Below are positions 42,426 through 51,922 of a stretch of DNA of 64,000 nt, one piece after another. The position numbers and the translations under genes were made by a program. How positions within the stretch are numbered: position 1 is the stretch's first letter; each line of letters starts with the position of its first letter. The stretch is taken from contig JBBRLQ010000022.1 in NCBI GenBank assembly GCA_038231275.1, forward strand, positions 67,539 through 131,538, written 5' to 3'. The notes beneath the pieces were generated by a model. The model was given only the letters and a program-made list of their open reading frames with translations. It did not search any database and was not told the DNA's origin. Origin of the DNA: Polyangiales bacterium. Lineage in GTDB: Bacteria > Myxococcota_A > Polyangia > Polyangiales > Polyangiaceae.

Positions 42426-44410
42426 GGCTTCGGCGGCAGGGGGTCTGTGACCTTGATGTCTCGGATCGCCTCGCGGAAGCGCACGCGCAGCTCGGCGAGC
42501 TTCGAGTCGATCTCGACCGCCTGCTTGGTGATCTCGTCGAGGCGCGACGCCGTCTCGCCGAGGCGCTGCGTAAGCTTCACGCGCAGTGCGTCTGCCGCCT
42601 TGTTTTTCTCGATCGCTCGCAAATTACGGCGCGTCTCTTCGGTTTGCTGCCCGAGGTTCTGCTGCTCCACGGAGAGCTTCTGACGCGTCTCCACCTTGGC
42701 GACGATCTCGTTTCGCGTCGTCCACGCCGCCGTCAGCTTCGCCGCCACCGCGCGATCGGCGCGCGGATCGGCCACGTAGGCCTTGAACGCGTTGTCGGCG
42801 ATCGTGGAGAACCAATCCTGCTGGCGACGCAGCGTCGCCCGCTCGTCGACCACGAGCTCCGCCGTCGCGCGCGGCGGAATCGTCGAGGGCACGAGCGCGG
42901 AGTGCGTCCCGACGTTGTCCTCGGTCTCCTTCGGCGGGTTGAAGAGGCGCGTGCCGTTCATGCGAGGGTGCTTCACGAGGATCTTCGCGGGCAGCTCGGC
43001 GCCGTTTCGAAGCCGGTACTTGGTCAGGGTCACGGAGTCGCGCTCGATGGTGAGCTCGGCGTTCTCGATTTTGGCGATGCGCTCGCCCTGCTCATCGTAC
43101 TTGCGCTCCTGATCGACGGCGACCGCGCGCTCGAGCGCGAACGGGACCGTGGCGGTGGCCCCGTCGGGCAGCGGATCGACGAGCCCCTGGCCGATGAACG
43201 AGCCGGCTTCGAAGACCGCGATCGGCCCCTTCTCCAGCGTGCCGCCGGTCTTGTTGGAGAAGCGCGCGACGCGGAACGGATGGCTCGACGAGTCGGGCAC
43301 GCCGCCGTCGGGCGCGAACAGAAAGCTCGCCTCGCCAGGGACGCGTCGCGACAGAAGCATGACCATGGTCGCGCTCTTGTCGGGCACGGTGACGAGGTTC
43401 GGGAGATCGTAGCGCGTCGTCCCTGCCTCGACGGCGACGGCGGCGAGCGATCGCAGATCGCGCGGAGCGGACGGCATGAGGCGCGCCTCGGCGACCGTTG
43501 CGGGCGGCGGCGACATTGGCGCAGCCGCTCCGCCCATCGGACCGCGCATGTCGGCGGAGGCCGTCTTCTTGGGCCGGTTGGCCGCGGGCCCAGCGCCGCG
43601 CCCGCTGCCCTTCCCGACGCCACCCGGCGCGCGCGTGGCGGCCGAGTCCTTTTTGTCGCTCGGCTTGTCCTCCTCGTCGCCGTCATCGGCTCCGCTCGAG
43701 GGCGAAGGCTGCGCAGACGGCGGCGGAGGAGGAGGAGGGGCGGGCGCGAGCTGCTCTTGGTGCAGGCTCGTCTCGGCGCGCGGCACGGCGGCGATCACCT
43801 CCCCGTTGTCGGTGACGATAGGCCGCGTCGGGATCACCGGCGTGCCCAGCTGCGCCTCGAAGGCCAGCGGCGCACCGGCGACGAGCGAGAGCTTCACGTT
43901 CTTCCAGTCCTCGCCCGAGAGGTTCTCGACGATGCCCCACGCCTGAAGATCAGCCTCGCCGTTCGGCTGCACGACGAGCCGGTACGACGGCCGCCACACC
44001 GGCGACTCCGCGACGTAGCCGATTTGGAGATCGTGCGCCTTCCCGTCGAGCGAGAGGATGACGGTCTTCATCCCGTTCTTCTCGTCCTGGCTCATCTCCT
44101 TGCGCGGCTTCGCGTCGAGGTTGTCGTCGTCCATCTTCAGCGGAAAGGCGGCCGCGCGGACCGAGCTCCCTCCGCGCTCCATCACCGCGAGCGTGGCAAG
44201 AAAGTCGCCGACCTCGCCCTCTTTCATCTTGAAGCGGACCTCTCCCTCTTCGGTGTGCCCTCCTCGCTCGAAGTACGCGACGCCGTTTCGGTAGACGACG
44301 ACCCGCTTCAGCGGGAGCCCATCCACGGACACGACGGCCTGCCGGCAGCCGCTGGAGAGGACGCCAAGACCGATACCAAGAAGCGTCCCGAGCTTGAGGA
44401 GTGAGCGCAT
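42422..44410 (-). CDS. DUF4139-like lipoprotein
   Basis: SSGC lipobox; RVVVYRNGVAYFER; WRPSYRL, WGIVENLSGEDW.NV.LSLVAG; C-terminal coiled coil. Confidence 0.85.
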   Translation of the reverse strand: MRSLLKLGTLLGIGLGVLSSGCRQAVVSVDGLPLKRVVVYRNGVAYFERGGHTEEGEVRFKMKEGEVGDFLATLAVMERGGSSVRAAAFPLKMDDDNLDAKPRKEMSQDEKNGMKTVILSLDGKAHDLQIGYVAESPVWRPSYRLVVQPNGEADLQAWGIVENLSGEDWKNVKLSLVAGAPLAFEAQLGTPVIPTRPIVTDNGEVIAAVPRAETSLHQEQLAPAPPPPPPPSAQPSPSSGADDGDEEDKPSDKKDSAATRAPGGVGKGSGRGAGPAANRPKKTASADMRGPMGGAAAPMSPPPATVAEARLMPSAPRDLRSLAAVAVEAGTTRYDLPNLVTVPDKSATMVMLLSRRVPGEASFLFAPDGGVPDSSSHPFRVARFSNKTGGTLEKGPIAVFEAGSFIGQGLVDPLPDGATATVPFALERAVAVDQERKYDEQGERIAKIENAELTIERDSVTLTKYRLRNGAELPAKILVKHPRMNGTRLFNPPKETEDNVGTHSALVPSTIPPRATAELVVDERATLRRQQDWFSTIADNAFKAYVADPRADRAVAAKLTAAWTTRNEIVAKVETRQKLSVEQQNLGQQTEETRRNLRAIEKNKAADALRVKLTQRLGETASRLDEITKQAVEIDSKLAELRVRFREAIRDIKVTDPLPPKP

Positions 44411-44479
44411 GAGGTCATCCTACGGCCGGTGGAGCCGCGACGATCTAAATGGATACGCTCAGCAGCTGCTCAGGGCCGT

Positions 44480-44968
44480 TCAGCAGCCGGGTGTCGCCGA
44501 GCAGTTGATGCCCTTGTAGTTGGGCCCGGCGAACCTCGCGCAGCAGAACTCGGTCGGCGCGCAGCCCTTGTTCAAGCAGTCCTCGCAGTGCTGGCACGCA
44601 GGACCGACGCACGTGCGAGACGACGATGCGCCGGTGCAGCACATCACGCCGGCCTCGATCATGAGCGGGCACGCCACGTTCGCGTCGCCCGCGTCGGAGC
44701 CGGCATCGAGACCGCCGGACGCCCCGGAGCTTCCGCTCGATCCCGAGCTTCCCGAAGTACCGGACGTGCCGGACGTCCCAGAGGAGCCCGAAGTACCAGA
44801 GCTGCCGGAGGTGCCCGAGCCCCCCGAGCTGCCGCTCGCGCCCGAGGAGGAGCCCGACGAGCTGCCCGAGCTCGACCCGCCATCGCCCGCGACGTACTCG
44901 AGGCTGGGGGTCGCGGCGCACGCGGCGACCAGCGCCAGCGCCACGCAGGCGAACCGCACCACCCTCAT
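44480..44968 (-). CDS. Small Cys-rich lipoprotein with GSS/GTS linker
   Basis: VAAC lipobox; (GSS/GTS)n linker; Cys-rich C-terminus including CC pairs. Confidence 0.75.
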   Translation of the reverse strand: MRVVRFACVALALVAACAATPSLEYVAGDGGSSSGSSSGSSSGASGSSGGSGTSGSSGTSGSSGTSGTSGTSGSSGSSGSSGASGGLDAGSDAGDANVACPLMIEAGVMCCTGASSSRTCVGPACQHCEDCLNKGCAPTEFCCARFAGPNYKGINCSATPGC

Positions 44969-45017
44969 TCCTTGAGGGTAGCACACGACGGGACGACGAA
45001 AGAACCGGCGTTTTACC

Positions 45018-45599
45018 TTAGTTCGCGAGCTCGATGTCGACGCGGCGGTCCCTCGCCCAGCCGTCCTCGTCCTTGCCCATCGCGTCGATCTCGCCGCGCG
45101 ACGTGGCCCCGAGACGCTCGGCCTGGACGCCGAGATCGTGCAGGTACTTGCGGACGGACTCCGAACGCGTGCCGCCGAGCGACATGTTGTACTCGTCCTC
45201 GCCGCGCGCGTCGGCGCGACCGACGAGCGACACGTTCTTCCCGCGGAGCGCCCCTTCGGTGAGGCACTTGGCGACCGCCGCGAGGACGGTCTTGTCGTCG
45301 TCGCCGATCGTCGCGGAGTCGAAGTCGAAGCTCGTCTTCGCGTCGGACCTCGGCAGCGCGCACGCGCGGGCGATCGCGTCCGAGACGTGGAGGCCATTCG
45401 TGGTCACCGACGCGTCCACGCCGGGCGGCAGCGCGTTCGGGTTGGCGTTCGAGGGCGGCAGCTCCGCGTGCGTGAGCGTCGCCGGGCTCTTCGGCGGGGT
45501 CGCGGTGGTCTTCGTGTTGTCGCAGCCCCCGAGGAACGCAGAGACACCCACGGCGACGATTGCGGCGACGGCGACGGCGACGAAAGAAACGCTCTTCAT
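45018..45599 (-). CDS. OmpA/Pal-family peptidoglycan-binding lipoprotein
   Basis: GGAGGAG RBS; LGGC lipobox; FDFDS, VGRADARG..EYNMSLG..R, SRGE, DRRVDI. Confidence 0.9.
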   Translation of the reverse strand: MKSVSFVAVAVAAIVAVGVSAFLGGCDNTKTTATPPKSPATLTHAELPPSNANPNALPPGVDASVTTNGLHVSDAIARACALPRSDAKTSFDFDSATIGDDDKTVLAAVAKCLTEGALRGKNVSLVGRADARGEDEYNMSLGGTRSESVRKYLHDLGVQAERLGATSRGEIDAMGKDEDGWARDRRVDIELAN

Positions 45600-45746
45600 G
45601 ACTCCTCCAGCTCCCGATTTCGCGGAAATTCCCGCGCGATTTCACGACGGACTACCACGACCAGCTACCACGATAGAAGTCGCCAGGACCACCTTTCCGG
45701 GCTCTTTTTCTCGGACGAATCCCAACGTAGTGCTAAGCCAACGGCC

Positions 45747-46328
45747 ATGGACCTCGGCGTGTTCCTCGAACCGAAGCTCGACCTCGAACGCATCACCAAG
45801 ACCCTCGACGAGCTGGGCCACGAAGGTCGAGTGCACACGACGCGGACGTGGCATCGCCACCAGATGGAACGCATCTTCGAGGCGGCGAAGGGGTACCGCC
45901 CGATCGACCTCGAGCACTTCGTCCCGTCGAGCGTCGGCCGCAAGGTCGAGGTGATCCACGAGCTCAAGAACTCGCTCCCGTTCTTCTCGGTCAGCCAGAA
46001 GCGCTTCTGCCGGCCCGACGAGGGCGACGACGAGCTCTGGGGCTACAACCACGCGAGCTCGAATCCGTTCACGGGGCCCGGCTACTTCGTCACGAAGAAG
46101 TCGGAGACCGAGGGCGAGGTCGTCGTCGACTACCGCACGCTGCCGAAGGGGCGCGTCGCGAGCTGGCCGGAGATCGTGCCGAACGAAGGGCGCCTCGGGC
46201 GCTTCGTCTACGCCGGAATGGTCGACCACATCCGCGGGATTTCCAGCCATGTCTGCATCGGGCGCGCGCAGAAGGGGCCCGCGCCGATGGACGCCTGGTT
46301 CGTACTTTGCCGCAAGGATTTGAGCTGA
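45747..46328 (+). CDS. Hypothetical protein
   Basis: Typical codon bias; globular-looking motifs KNSLP.F..QKRFCR, WGYNH, TGPGYF. Confidence 0.75.
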   Translation: MDLGVFLEPKLDLERITKTLDELGHEGRVHTTRTWHRHQMERIFEAAKGYRPIDLEHFVPSSVGRKVEVIHELKNSLPFFSVSQKRFCRPDEGDDELWGYNHASSNPFTGPGYFVTKKSETEGEVVVDYRTLPKGRVASWPEIVPNEGRLGRFVYAGMVDHIRGISSHVCIGRAQKGPAPMDAWFVLCRKDLS

Positions 46329-46350
46329 CGATCCGTGGTAGAAAGGCCGA

Positions 46351-47535
46351 GTGCAGGCCTTCGTCACCGCGCATCGACCGCTCATTTTGAAGCACGCGCG
46401 CGCGTTCGTGCGCGCGAACGCCGAGAAGATCGCCGGCGAGGACGTCGCGCGTGAGGTGGAGCTCGTGCTCGCGCAGCTCGGCGAGCAGCGCGGGATCGCC
46501 GCCGCGCAGATCGAGTCACCGGACAGCTACCTTCGGATGATCGTGCTCCACGCCGCGCGTCGCGCGAGGCGACGATACACGCTCATCCAGCAAATCGCGG
46601 CGGGAGACGACCTCGGCGCGGTCACCGACGATCTCAAATCGCTCGACTCCGATTTGCCCGAGCCCCCTTCGCCTGCGTCGGTCGACGCGAAGGCCGCGCG
46701 CGCGCTGCTCGATTCGGTCAAGGACAAGCTCACGCCGAAGGACCGCCTCTTCTTCGCGCTCCTCTTCGAGGACGACGGCACGGTCGACGACGTGGCGCGA
46801 GCGCTCGGCAGCCCGCTCGACGCGGTCGGCAGCTCGCGCGACCGGGCGCTCAAGACCGCCGGTGAGCTCGCGATCGAGGGCGAAGGCGACCGGCGCGGCG
46901 GCGGCACCACGCCCGAGGAGCGCCGCGACAAGAAGCTCCGTTACCTCGGCCGCGTCGCGACGACGCCAGGGAAGTCCGGCGATCACGTCGACGATCCGCT
47001 CCTCGCGCTCGTCCATGGCGGCGACCAGAGTGACGATCTCGGCGACGCACTGAACCACCTCGCCGGGTGTCCCGACTGCCGCGCGCGCCTCACCGAGGGG
47101 GCGACGCTCCACCGCAGCGTCGTCGTCATGGCGATCGAGGCGCCGCGCGCCAACCAGGAGCAGCTCATCAGGGTCGCCGACGAAGCGAAGGCCCGCCTGT
47201 TCGAGCGCGGCGCCGGACGATGGACCGCGGTCGTCGCCGCCGAACGCAGCTCGGCCATGGTGCAGAAGCTCGAGGCCGAGGAGACGAGCATCGCCTCGCG
47301 CATCGGCGTCGCGCAGCCCGTCGAGGTGCCCGGCGTCCCCAGCGTACGCGGCGGCGCGGCGTCGATCGTGGACCCGAGCGAGGCCGGCACCGACGCGGCC
47401 GAAGTACAAGCCTGGGCGCAGGCCGCCAAGGCCCCCAAGCGAAAGGTCGCCACCGCGAACGCCGGGTGGGTCGCCTTCGCCGTCATGGCGATCGCCGGCG
47501 CGATGGGCATCGCGTACGTCCTCGCGACGCGCTAA
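46351..47535 (+). CDS. ECF sigma-like domain + ZAS (HxxxCxxC) finger + C-terminal TM helix fusion
   Basis: Region 2-like AGEDVAREV...YLRMIV; region 4-like LTPKDR...VDDVARALG; HLAGCPDCR; terminal TM helix. Confidence 0.65.
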   Translation: MQAFVTAHRPLILKHARAFVRANAEKIAGEDVAREVELVLAQLGEQRGIAAAQIESPDSYLRMIVLHAARRARRRYTLIQQIAAGDDLGAVTDDLKSLDSDLPEPPSPASVDAKAARALLDSVKDKLTPKDRLFFALLFEDDGTVDDVARALGSPLDAVGSSRDRALKTAGELAIEGEGDRRGGGTTPEERRDKKLRYLGRVATTPGKSGDHVDDPLLALVHGGDQSDDLGDALNHLAGCPDCRARLTEGATLHRSVVVMAIEAPRANQEQLIRVADEAKARLFERGAGRWTAVVAAERSSAMVQKLEAEETSIASRIGVAQPVEVPGVPSVRGGAASIVDPSEAGTDAAEVQAWAQAAKAPKRKVATANAGWVAFAVMAIAGAMGIAYVLATR

Positions 47536-47552
47536 ATCACGTCGGGCCCTTC

Positions 47553-48689
47553 TTGGAGCGAAAACTCCGCATCCTCCAGCGCGTCCGCGAGGTCGATCAG
47601 ACCGCCTGGGACGCCCTCGCCGTTCCATCGAGCTCTCCGTTCGTCGAGTGGACCTGGCTCGACTGCCTCGAAGAGGCGGGCTGCGTCGGACCGCGCACGG
47701 GCTGGCTGCCGCACCACTTCGCCTTGTTCGAGGACGAGCGCCTCGTCGCCGTCGCGCCCGCCTACCTGAAGGGCAACAGCGAGGGCGAGTTCGTCTTCGA
47801 CTGGAGCTGGGCCGATCTCGCGCAGCGGATGGGCGTCGAGTATTACCCGAAGCTCGTCTTTGCGGTGCCGTTCACGCCGGCGACCGGCGATCGACTGCTC
47901 GTCGCGCCCGGGAACGACCGCGCCGAGATCGCTCAGGTGTTCGTCGCGGTGGCCAAGGAGCTCGCGCGCGAGCTGCCGATGTCGAGCGCCCACGTCCTCT
48001 TCCCCCGCGAGGCCGAGGCCGACGCCTGGAGCGCCGCCGGAATGCTCCACCGCTCCGGCGTGCAGTACCACTGGCACAACCGCGGGTACGCGACGTGGGA
48101 CGACTTCCTCGCGACGTTCAATTCCAAGCGCCGCCACCAACTCAAGCGCGAGGCCGCGCAGCCCGCGAAGGATGGCGTCGAGATCCGCACGCTCGGGTCG
48201 GACGAGCTCACCGAGAAAATCGCGGACGAGATGCATGCACTCTACACGGTCACCGTGGACAAGTTCCGCTGGGGCCGGCGCTACATGAACAAGCGCCTCT
48301 TTCGCCTCGTCGCCGAGCGCTGGAAGGATCGCCTCGCGTGGGTCGTGGCCACGAAGGGCACGCGCATCATCGCGAGCGCGTTCAACGTGAAGAAGGGCGA
48401 CCGCCTCTACGGGCGCTATTGGGGCGCGCACGAGGAGCTGCCGTTCCTCCACTTCAACGTCTGCTACACGCACGGCGTCCAGCAGGCGATCCGCGAAGGC
48501 CTCGCGGTCTTCGAGCCCGGCGCCGGCGGCGAGCACAAGCGCGCCCGCGGCTTCATCCCGACGCTCACCCACTCTGCGCACTGGGTGAAGGACCAACGCT
48601 TCGCCGCGATCCTCGCGCCCCACGTCGCTCGCGAGGCCGAGGCCGTACGGGACTACGTCCGCGGCGAAGGGCCCGATCCGGAGGGCTAG
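47553..48689 (+). CDS. FemAB-like GNAT protein (DUF482)
   Basis: SPF....L..LE..GC, LKGNSEGEFVFDW.WA, YYPKL..VPFTP, LYGRYWG, LHFNVCY, FEPGAGGEHK..RGF. Confidence 0.92.
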   Translation: MERKLRILQRVREVDQTAWDALAVPSSSPFVEWTWLDCLEEAGCVGPRTGWLPHHFALFEDERLVAVAPAYLKGNSEGEFVFDWSWADLAQRMGVEYYPKLVFAVPFTPATGDRLLVAPGNDRAEIAQVFVAVAKELARELPMSSAHVLFPREAEADAWSAAGMLHRSGVQYHWHNRGYATWDDFLATFNSKRRHQLKREAAQPAKDGVEIRTLGSDELTEKIADEMHALYTVTVDKFRWGRRYMNKRLFRLVAERWKDRLAWVVATKGTRIIASAFNVKKGDRLYGRYWGAHEELPFLHFNVCYTHGVQQAIREGLAVFEPGAGGEHKRARGFIPTLTHSAHWVKDQRFAAILAPHVAREAEAVRDYVRGEGPDPEG

Positions 48690-48838
48690 AGCTGGGTTAG
48701 AGCGGCGCAAAACGCTCCTCCTGACGCGATGCCCGCAGGGCCGTGACACGATGCTGACATTCCGGTCCCGGTGTGACCGAGCCGTGGCGGCCAGGCGCGG
48801 GAAAACCCCCTAGTTACAAGGGGAACAAGGAGCGTCGC

Positions 48839-49678
48839 GTGACCGGAACCATCGTCATCCTCACCTTCTTCGTCCTGCACTGGCAGCTCAGCGTCTTCGC
48901 GCAGAGCTTCTTCCTGCACCGCTACGGCGCGCATCGGCAGTTCTCGATGAGCAAAGGCTGGGAGCGCTTCTTCCAGCTCTTCACGTTCGTGCTCCAGGGC
49001 TCCTCCTACTTGAACCCGCGCGGCTACGCGATCCTCCATCGCATGCACCACGCGTTCAGCGACACGCCGAAGGATCCGCACTCGCCGGAGAACCACGGCA
49101 ACGTGATGTCGATGATGTGGGAGACCGCGAAGACGTACGCCGGCTTCGTGCGTCGCGAGACGCAGCCCGAGCCGCGCTTCGACGGCGGGACGCCCGAGTG
49201 GCCGGCGCTCGACAAGATCGGCGATTTTTGGATCACGCGTCTCGCGTTCGGTGTCGGCTACACGCTCGTCTACATCGCGTTCGCGCCGCACTGGGCGTTC
49301 TATCTCCTCTTGCCCGCGCACTACCTCATGGGCCCGCTGCACGGCGCCATCGTCAACTGGTGCGGCCACCGGTACGGCTACCGCAACTTCAAGAGCGACG
49401 ACGTCTCGCGCAACACGCTGGTCTTCGACGTGCTCACCGCTGGCGAGCTGTTCCAAAACAACCACCACAAGTTCGGCATGAGCCCGAACTTCGCGGCGCG
49501 CTGGTTCGAGGTCGATCCGACCTACCAGGTCATGAAGGTCCTCTCGGCGCTCAAGATCATCGACATGAGCGGCGCGCAGGTGATGCGGTGGAAGCCGTCG
49601 GATCGCGCGAGCGTGCCGGTCATCTCCGCCGCGTCCGTCACGTCCACCGCCGACGCCGAGCCGCTCCCCGGCGAGTGA
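48839..49678 (+). CDS. Delta-9-type acyl-CoA/lipid fatty acid desaturase
   Basis: AAGGAG RBS before GTG; His boxes [20 protein letters not shown]. Confidence 0.92.
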   Translation: MTGTIVILTFFVLHWQLSVFAQSFFLHRYGAHRQFSMSKGWERFFQLFTFVLQGSSYLNPRGYAILHRMHHAFSDTPKDPHSPENHGNVMSMMWETAKTYAGFVRRETQPEPRFDGGTPEWPALDKIGDFWITRLAFGVGYTLVYIAFAPHWAFYLLLPAHYLMGPLHGAIVNWCGHRYGYRNFKSDDVSRNTLVFDVLTAGELFQNNHHKFGMSPNFAARWFEVDPTYQVMKVLSALKIIDMSGAQVMRWKPSDRASVPVISAASVTSTADAEPLPGE

Positions 49679-49691
49679 GCGCTCCGCTCGC

Positions 49692-50483
49692 TTAGAACGA
49701 GTCCTTCGCCTTGCGGATCGCTCCGAGGGCGGTGGCACCGTCGACGTCCGCGGGGATCGCGAGGGTCTCGCGGATCTCGACGGAGCTGGTGCGGAGGAAC
49801 GGGTTCGTCGCGAGCTCGTCCTCGATGCGCGTCGGGACCGTGGGCTTGCCTTCGGCTTGCAGAGCGGCGGCCCGCTTCTGCGCCTTCTCGACCGCGACGC
49901 TCTTCGGCTCGACGTGCTTGGCGAAGCGAAGGTTGCTCTCGGTGTATTCGTGCCCGCAGTACACGAGAGCGCTCGAGCCGACCGCCGCGATCGCCTGAAG
50001 CGACGTGTGCATCTGCGCCGGCGTCCCTTCGAAGAGGCGCCCGCAGCCCGCCGCGAACATCGTATCGCCCGTGAACACCGCGGTCTCCACGCCGTCGGTC
50101 ACGACGTAGGCGATCGCGCCGAGCGTGTGTCCTGGGATGTGGATCATGCGAACTTTCAGGTCGCCGAGCTGCATCGTGTCGCCGGTGTCGTAGAACTTCG
50201 TCTGCCCGGGGATGCGCCCCTTGTCGGAGACGTGGCCGACGACGTCGGTGACGCCGAGCGCGTGGGCGACCTCTTCGTTCCCGCCGACGTGATCCATGTG
50301 GTGGTGCGTGCACCAGATGTCCCGCGGCGATACGTCGAGCGCGCGGACGGCGGCGATCACCGGCGCGGCCTCGCTCGCGTCCACGATGGCGCTCTTGCCG
50401 GTCTTCTCGCAGACGACGACGTACCCGTAGTTGTCTTTGAGGCACGGCACGACGTGGATCTTCATGCCGCCCATCGTACTCAT
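49692..50483 (-). CDS. gloB: Hydroxyacylglutathione hydrolase (glyoxalase II)
   Basis: DNY, THHHMDHVGG, PGHT, FTGDTMFAAGCGR.FEG, CGHEYT..NL, ATNPFLR. Confidence 0.95.
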   Translation of the reverse strand: MSTMGGMKIHVVPCLKDNYGYVVVCEKTGKSAIVDASEAAPVIAAVRALDVSPRDIWCTHHHMDHVGGNEEVAHALGVTDVVGHVSDKGRIPGQTKFYDTGDTMQLGDLKVRMIHIPGHTLGAIAYVVTDGVETAVFTGDTMFAAGCGRLFEGTPAQMHTSLQAIAAVGSSALVYCGHEYTESNLRFAKHVEPKSVAVEKAQKRAAALQAEGKPTVPTRIEDELATNPFLRTSSVEIRETLAIPADVDGATALGAIRKAKDSF

Positions 50484-51910
50484 TTTTTCCCGCCGTCCTG
50501 GTCCTTCTTGTACGCGCCGTTGAGGCACACCGTCGGGAGGCAGGCGTACGGATCGATGTCCTTCACCGTCTTCTCGAAGTCGAAGTAGCGCGCCTTCATG
50601 GCGTCGTAATCCGGTCCCTTCAGGATCTTGTCGAGCTCTTCGGGATCCGTCGCGAGATCGTAGACCTGCAGGTACTTGTCGTTGCCGTAGGCGATGAGCT
50701 TCAGGTTCTCGTGGAGGATCGCGCGGCGGCGATCGCTGTCACTCGTCGTCGGCAGATCGAGGACCACGTCACGCGCAGGCGCGGGCGCACCGTAGAGCTC
50801 GGGGACGAGGCTCACTCCCTCGAAACCAGGGTCGGGCGGCACGCCAAACAGCTCGCAGATCGTGGGCGCCAGATCGAGCGCGCCGCGCGCCACGTCGACG
50901 TGATGCGGCGTGATGCCCGGGATGTAGACGAGCAGTGGAACGCGCACGAGCATCTCCCACAGCTCGAAGCCGTGCGCGTAGTGGTTGTGCTCGCCGAGAC
51001 CTTCGCCGTGATCGGCGCTCACGATGATCGCGGTGCGATCGCCGTAGGGGCGCGACGCCACGAACTCGAGCAGCTTTCCCACGTATTTGTCCGTAAACGT
51101 GACCTCGCCGTCATACTGATCGCGGCGGAGGCGCCCCCACGACGGGATCTCCGGCTCGTGCGGCAGGTACTGATCGTGCGGATCCAAGAAATGGAACCAC
51201 GCGAAGAATCGCGCGTCGGGCGCATCGAGCGCCGGATCCGAGAGGAGGCGCTCGGCGAGCTTCACGTGCTGCGGCGCCGTGATGTTCTTGTCCGTGGTGT
51301 TGTCGAACTGGATACCCGGGACGATCTCCCACTTGTCGAAGCCTTGCTGGAAGCCGCCGTCCCTGAAGTACGCGTGCGCGTGCCCGCCGATCGTATGGAT
51401 GCCGGCCTTCTGGAGGAGCTCGGGGAAGAAGACGTTCTTCTGGTGGTAGGTGCCGAAGAAGAAGCCGTCGCGCGAGAGCTCGCCGGGGAGCTTTCCGGCG
51501 AGCAGACCCCCCAGGCTCATCGACGTGTACGACGAGACGGCGTACGCGTGCGTGTAGTCGACGCTCTTCGCCTCGAGCGCCGAGAGCGCCGGCGCGATCG
51601 GTCGCGGGTAGCCGGCCCATGGCATGTCCCATCGCAGGCTGTCGATCGTGATGAGCAGGACGTTTAGGTTCGTCGGCGGACGGATCGGCGCGCCGGATGC
51701 GGACGCGGACGCGCTCGCGGAGGTTGAAGGAGCGACTGCGTCGGAGGACGAGACGTCCTGCCCGCCTGCTTCCGCCGCGGCGTCGGTGCTCACCGGCGCG
51801 CCCGCGTCGCTCTTCTTGAGCTTCGCCCAAAGCTTGCGCATCGAGGAGCAGCCCGCCGTGCCGCCGCACAGCGCGAGCAGCACGATGCCCGCAAAGAACC
51901 GTGGAGCCAA
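50480..51910 (-). CDS. Sulfatase / alkaline phosphatase superfamily lipoprotein
   Basis: NVLLITIDSLR.D, HFLDPH, YDGEV, ADHGE, VPL; lacks the C/SxPxR motif. Confidence 0.85.
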   Translation of the reverse strand: MAPRFFAGIVLLALCGGTAGCSSMRKLWAKLKKSDAGAPVSTDAAAEAGGQDVSSSDAVAPSTSASASASASGAPIRPPTNLNVLLITIDSLRWDMPWAGYPRPIAPALSALEAKSVDYTHAYAVSSYTSMSLGGLLAGKLPGELSRDGFFFGTYHQKNVFFPELLQKAGIHTIGGHAHAYFRDGGFQQGFDKWEIVPGIQFDNTTDKNITAPQHVKLAERLLSDPALDAPDARFFAWFHFLDPHDQYLPHEPEIPSWGRLRRDQYDGEVTFTDKYVGKLLEFVASRPYGDRTAIIVSADHGEGLGEHNHYAHGFELWEMLVRVPLLVYIPGITPHHVDVARGALDLAPTICELFGVPPDPGFEGVSLVPELYGAPAPARDVVLDLPTTSDSDRRRAILHENLKLIAYGNDKYLQVYDLATDPEELDKILKGPDYDAMKARYFDFEKTVKDIDPYACLPTVCLNGAYKKDQDGGKK

Positions 51911-51922
51911 AAGGCGCTCGCT

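Noticed and set aside
44455..44485. Two nearby in-frame TGC-TGA codons at the end of the Cys-rich lipoprotein (possible selenocysteine read-through)
   Set aside because: No SECIS-like hairpin recognised, and the downstream frame has no coding character
44720..44885. Periodic 9-bp repeats as a CRISPR array or non-coding repeat
   Set aside because: Degenerate codons for a GSS/GTS protein linker; no spacers or cas genes
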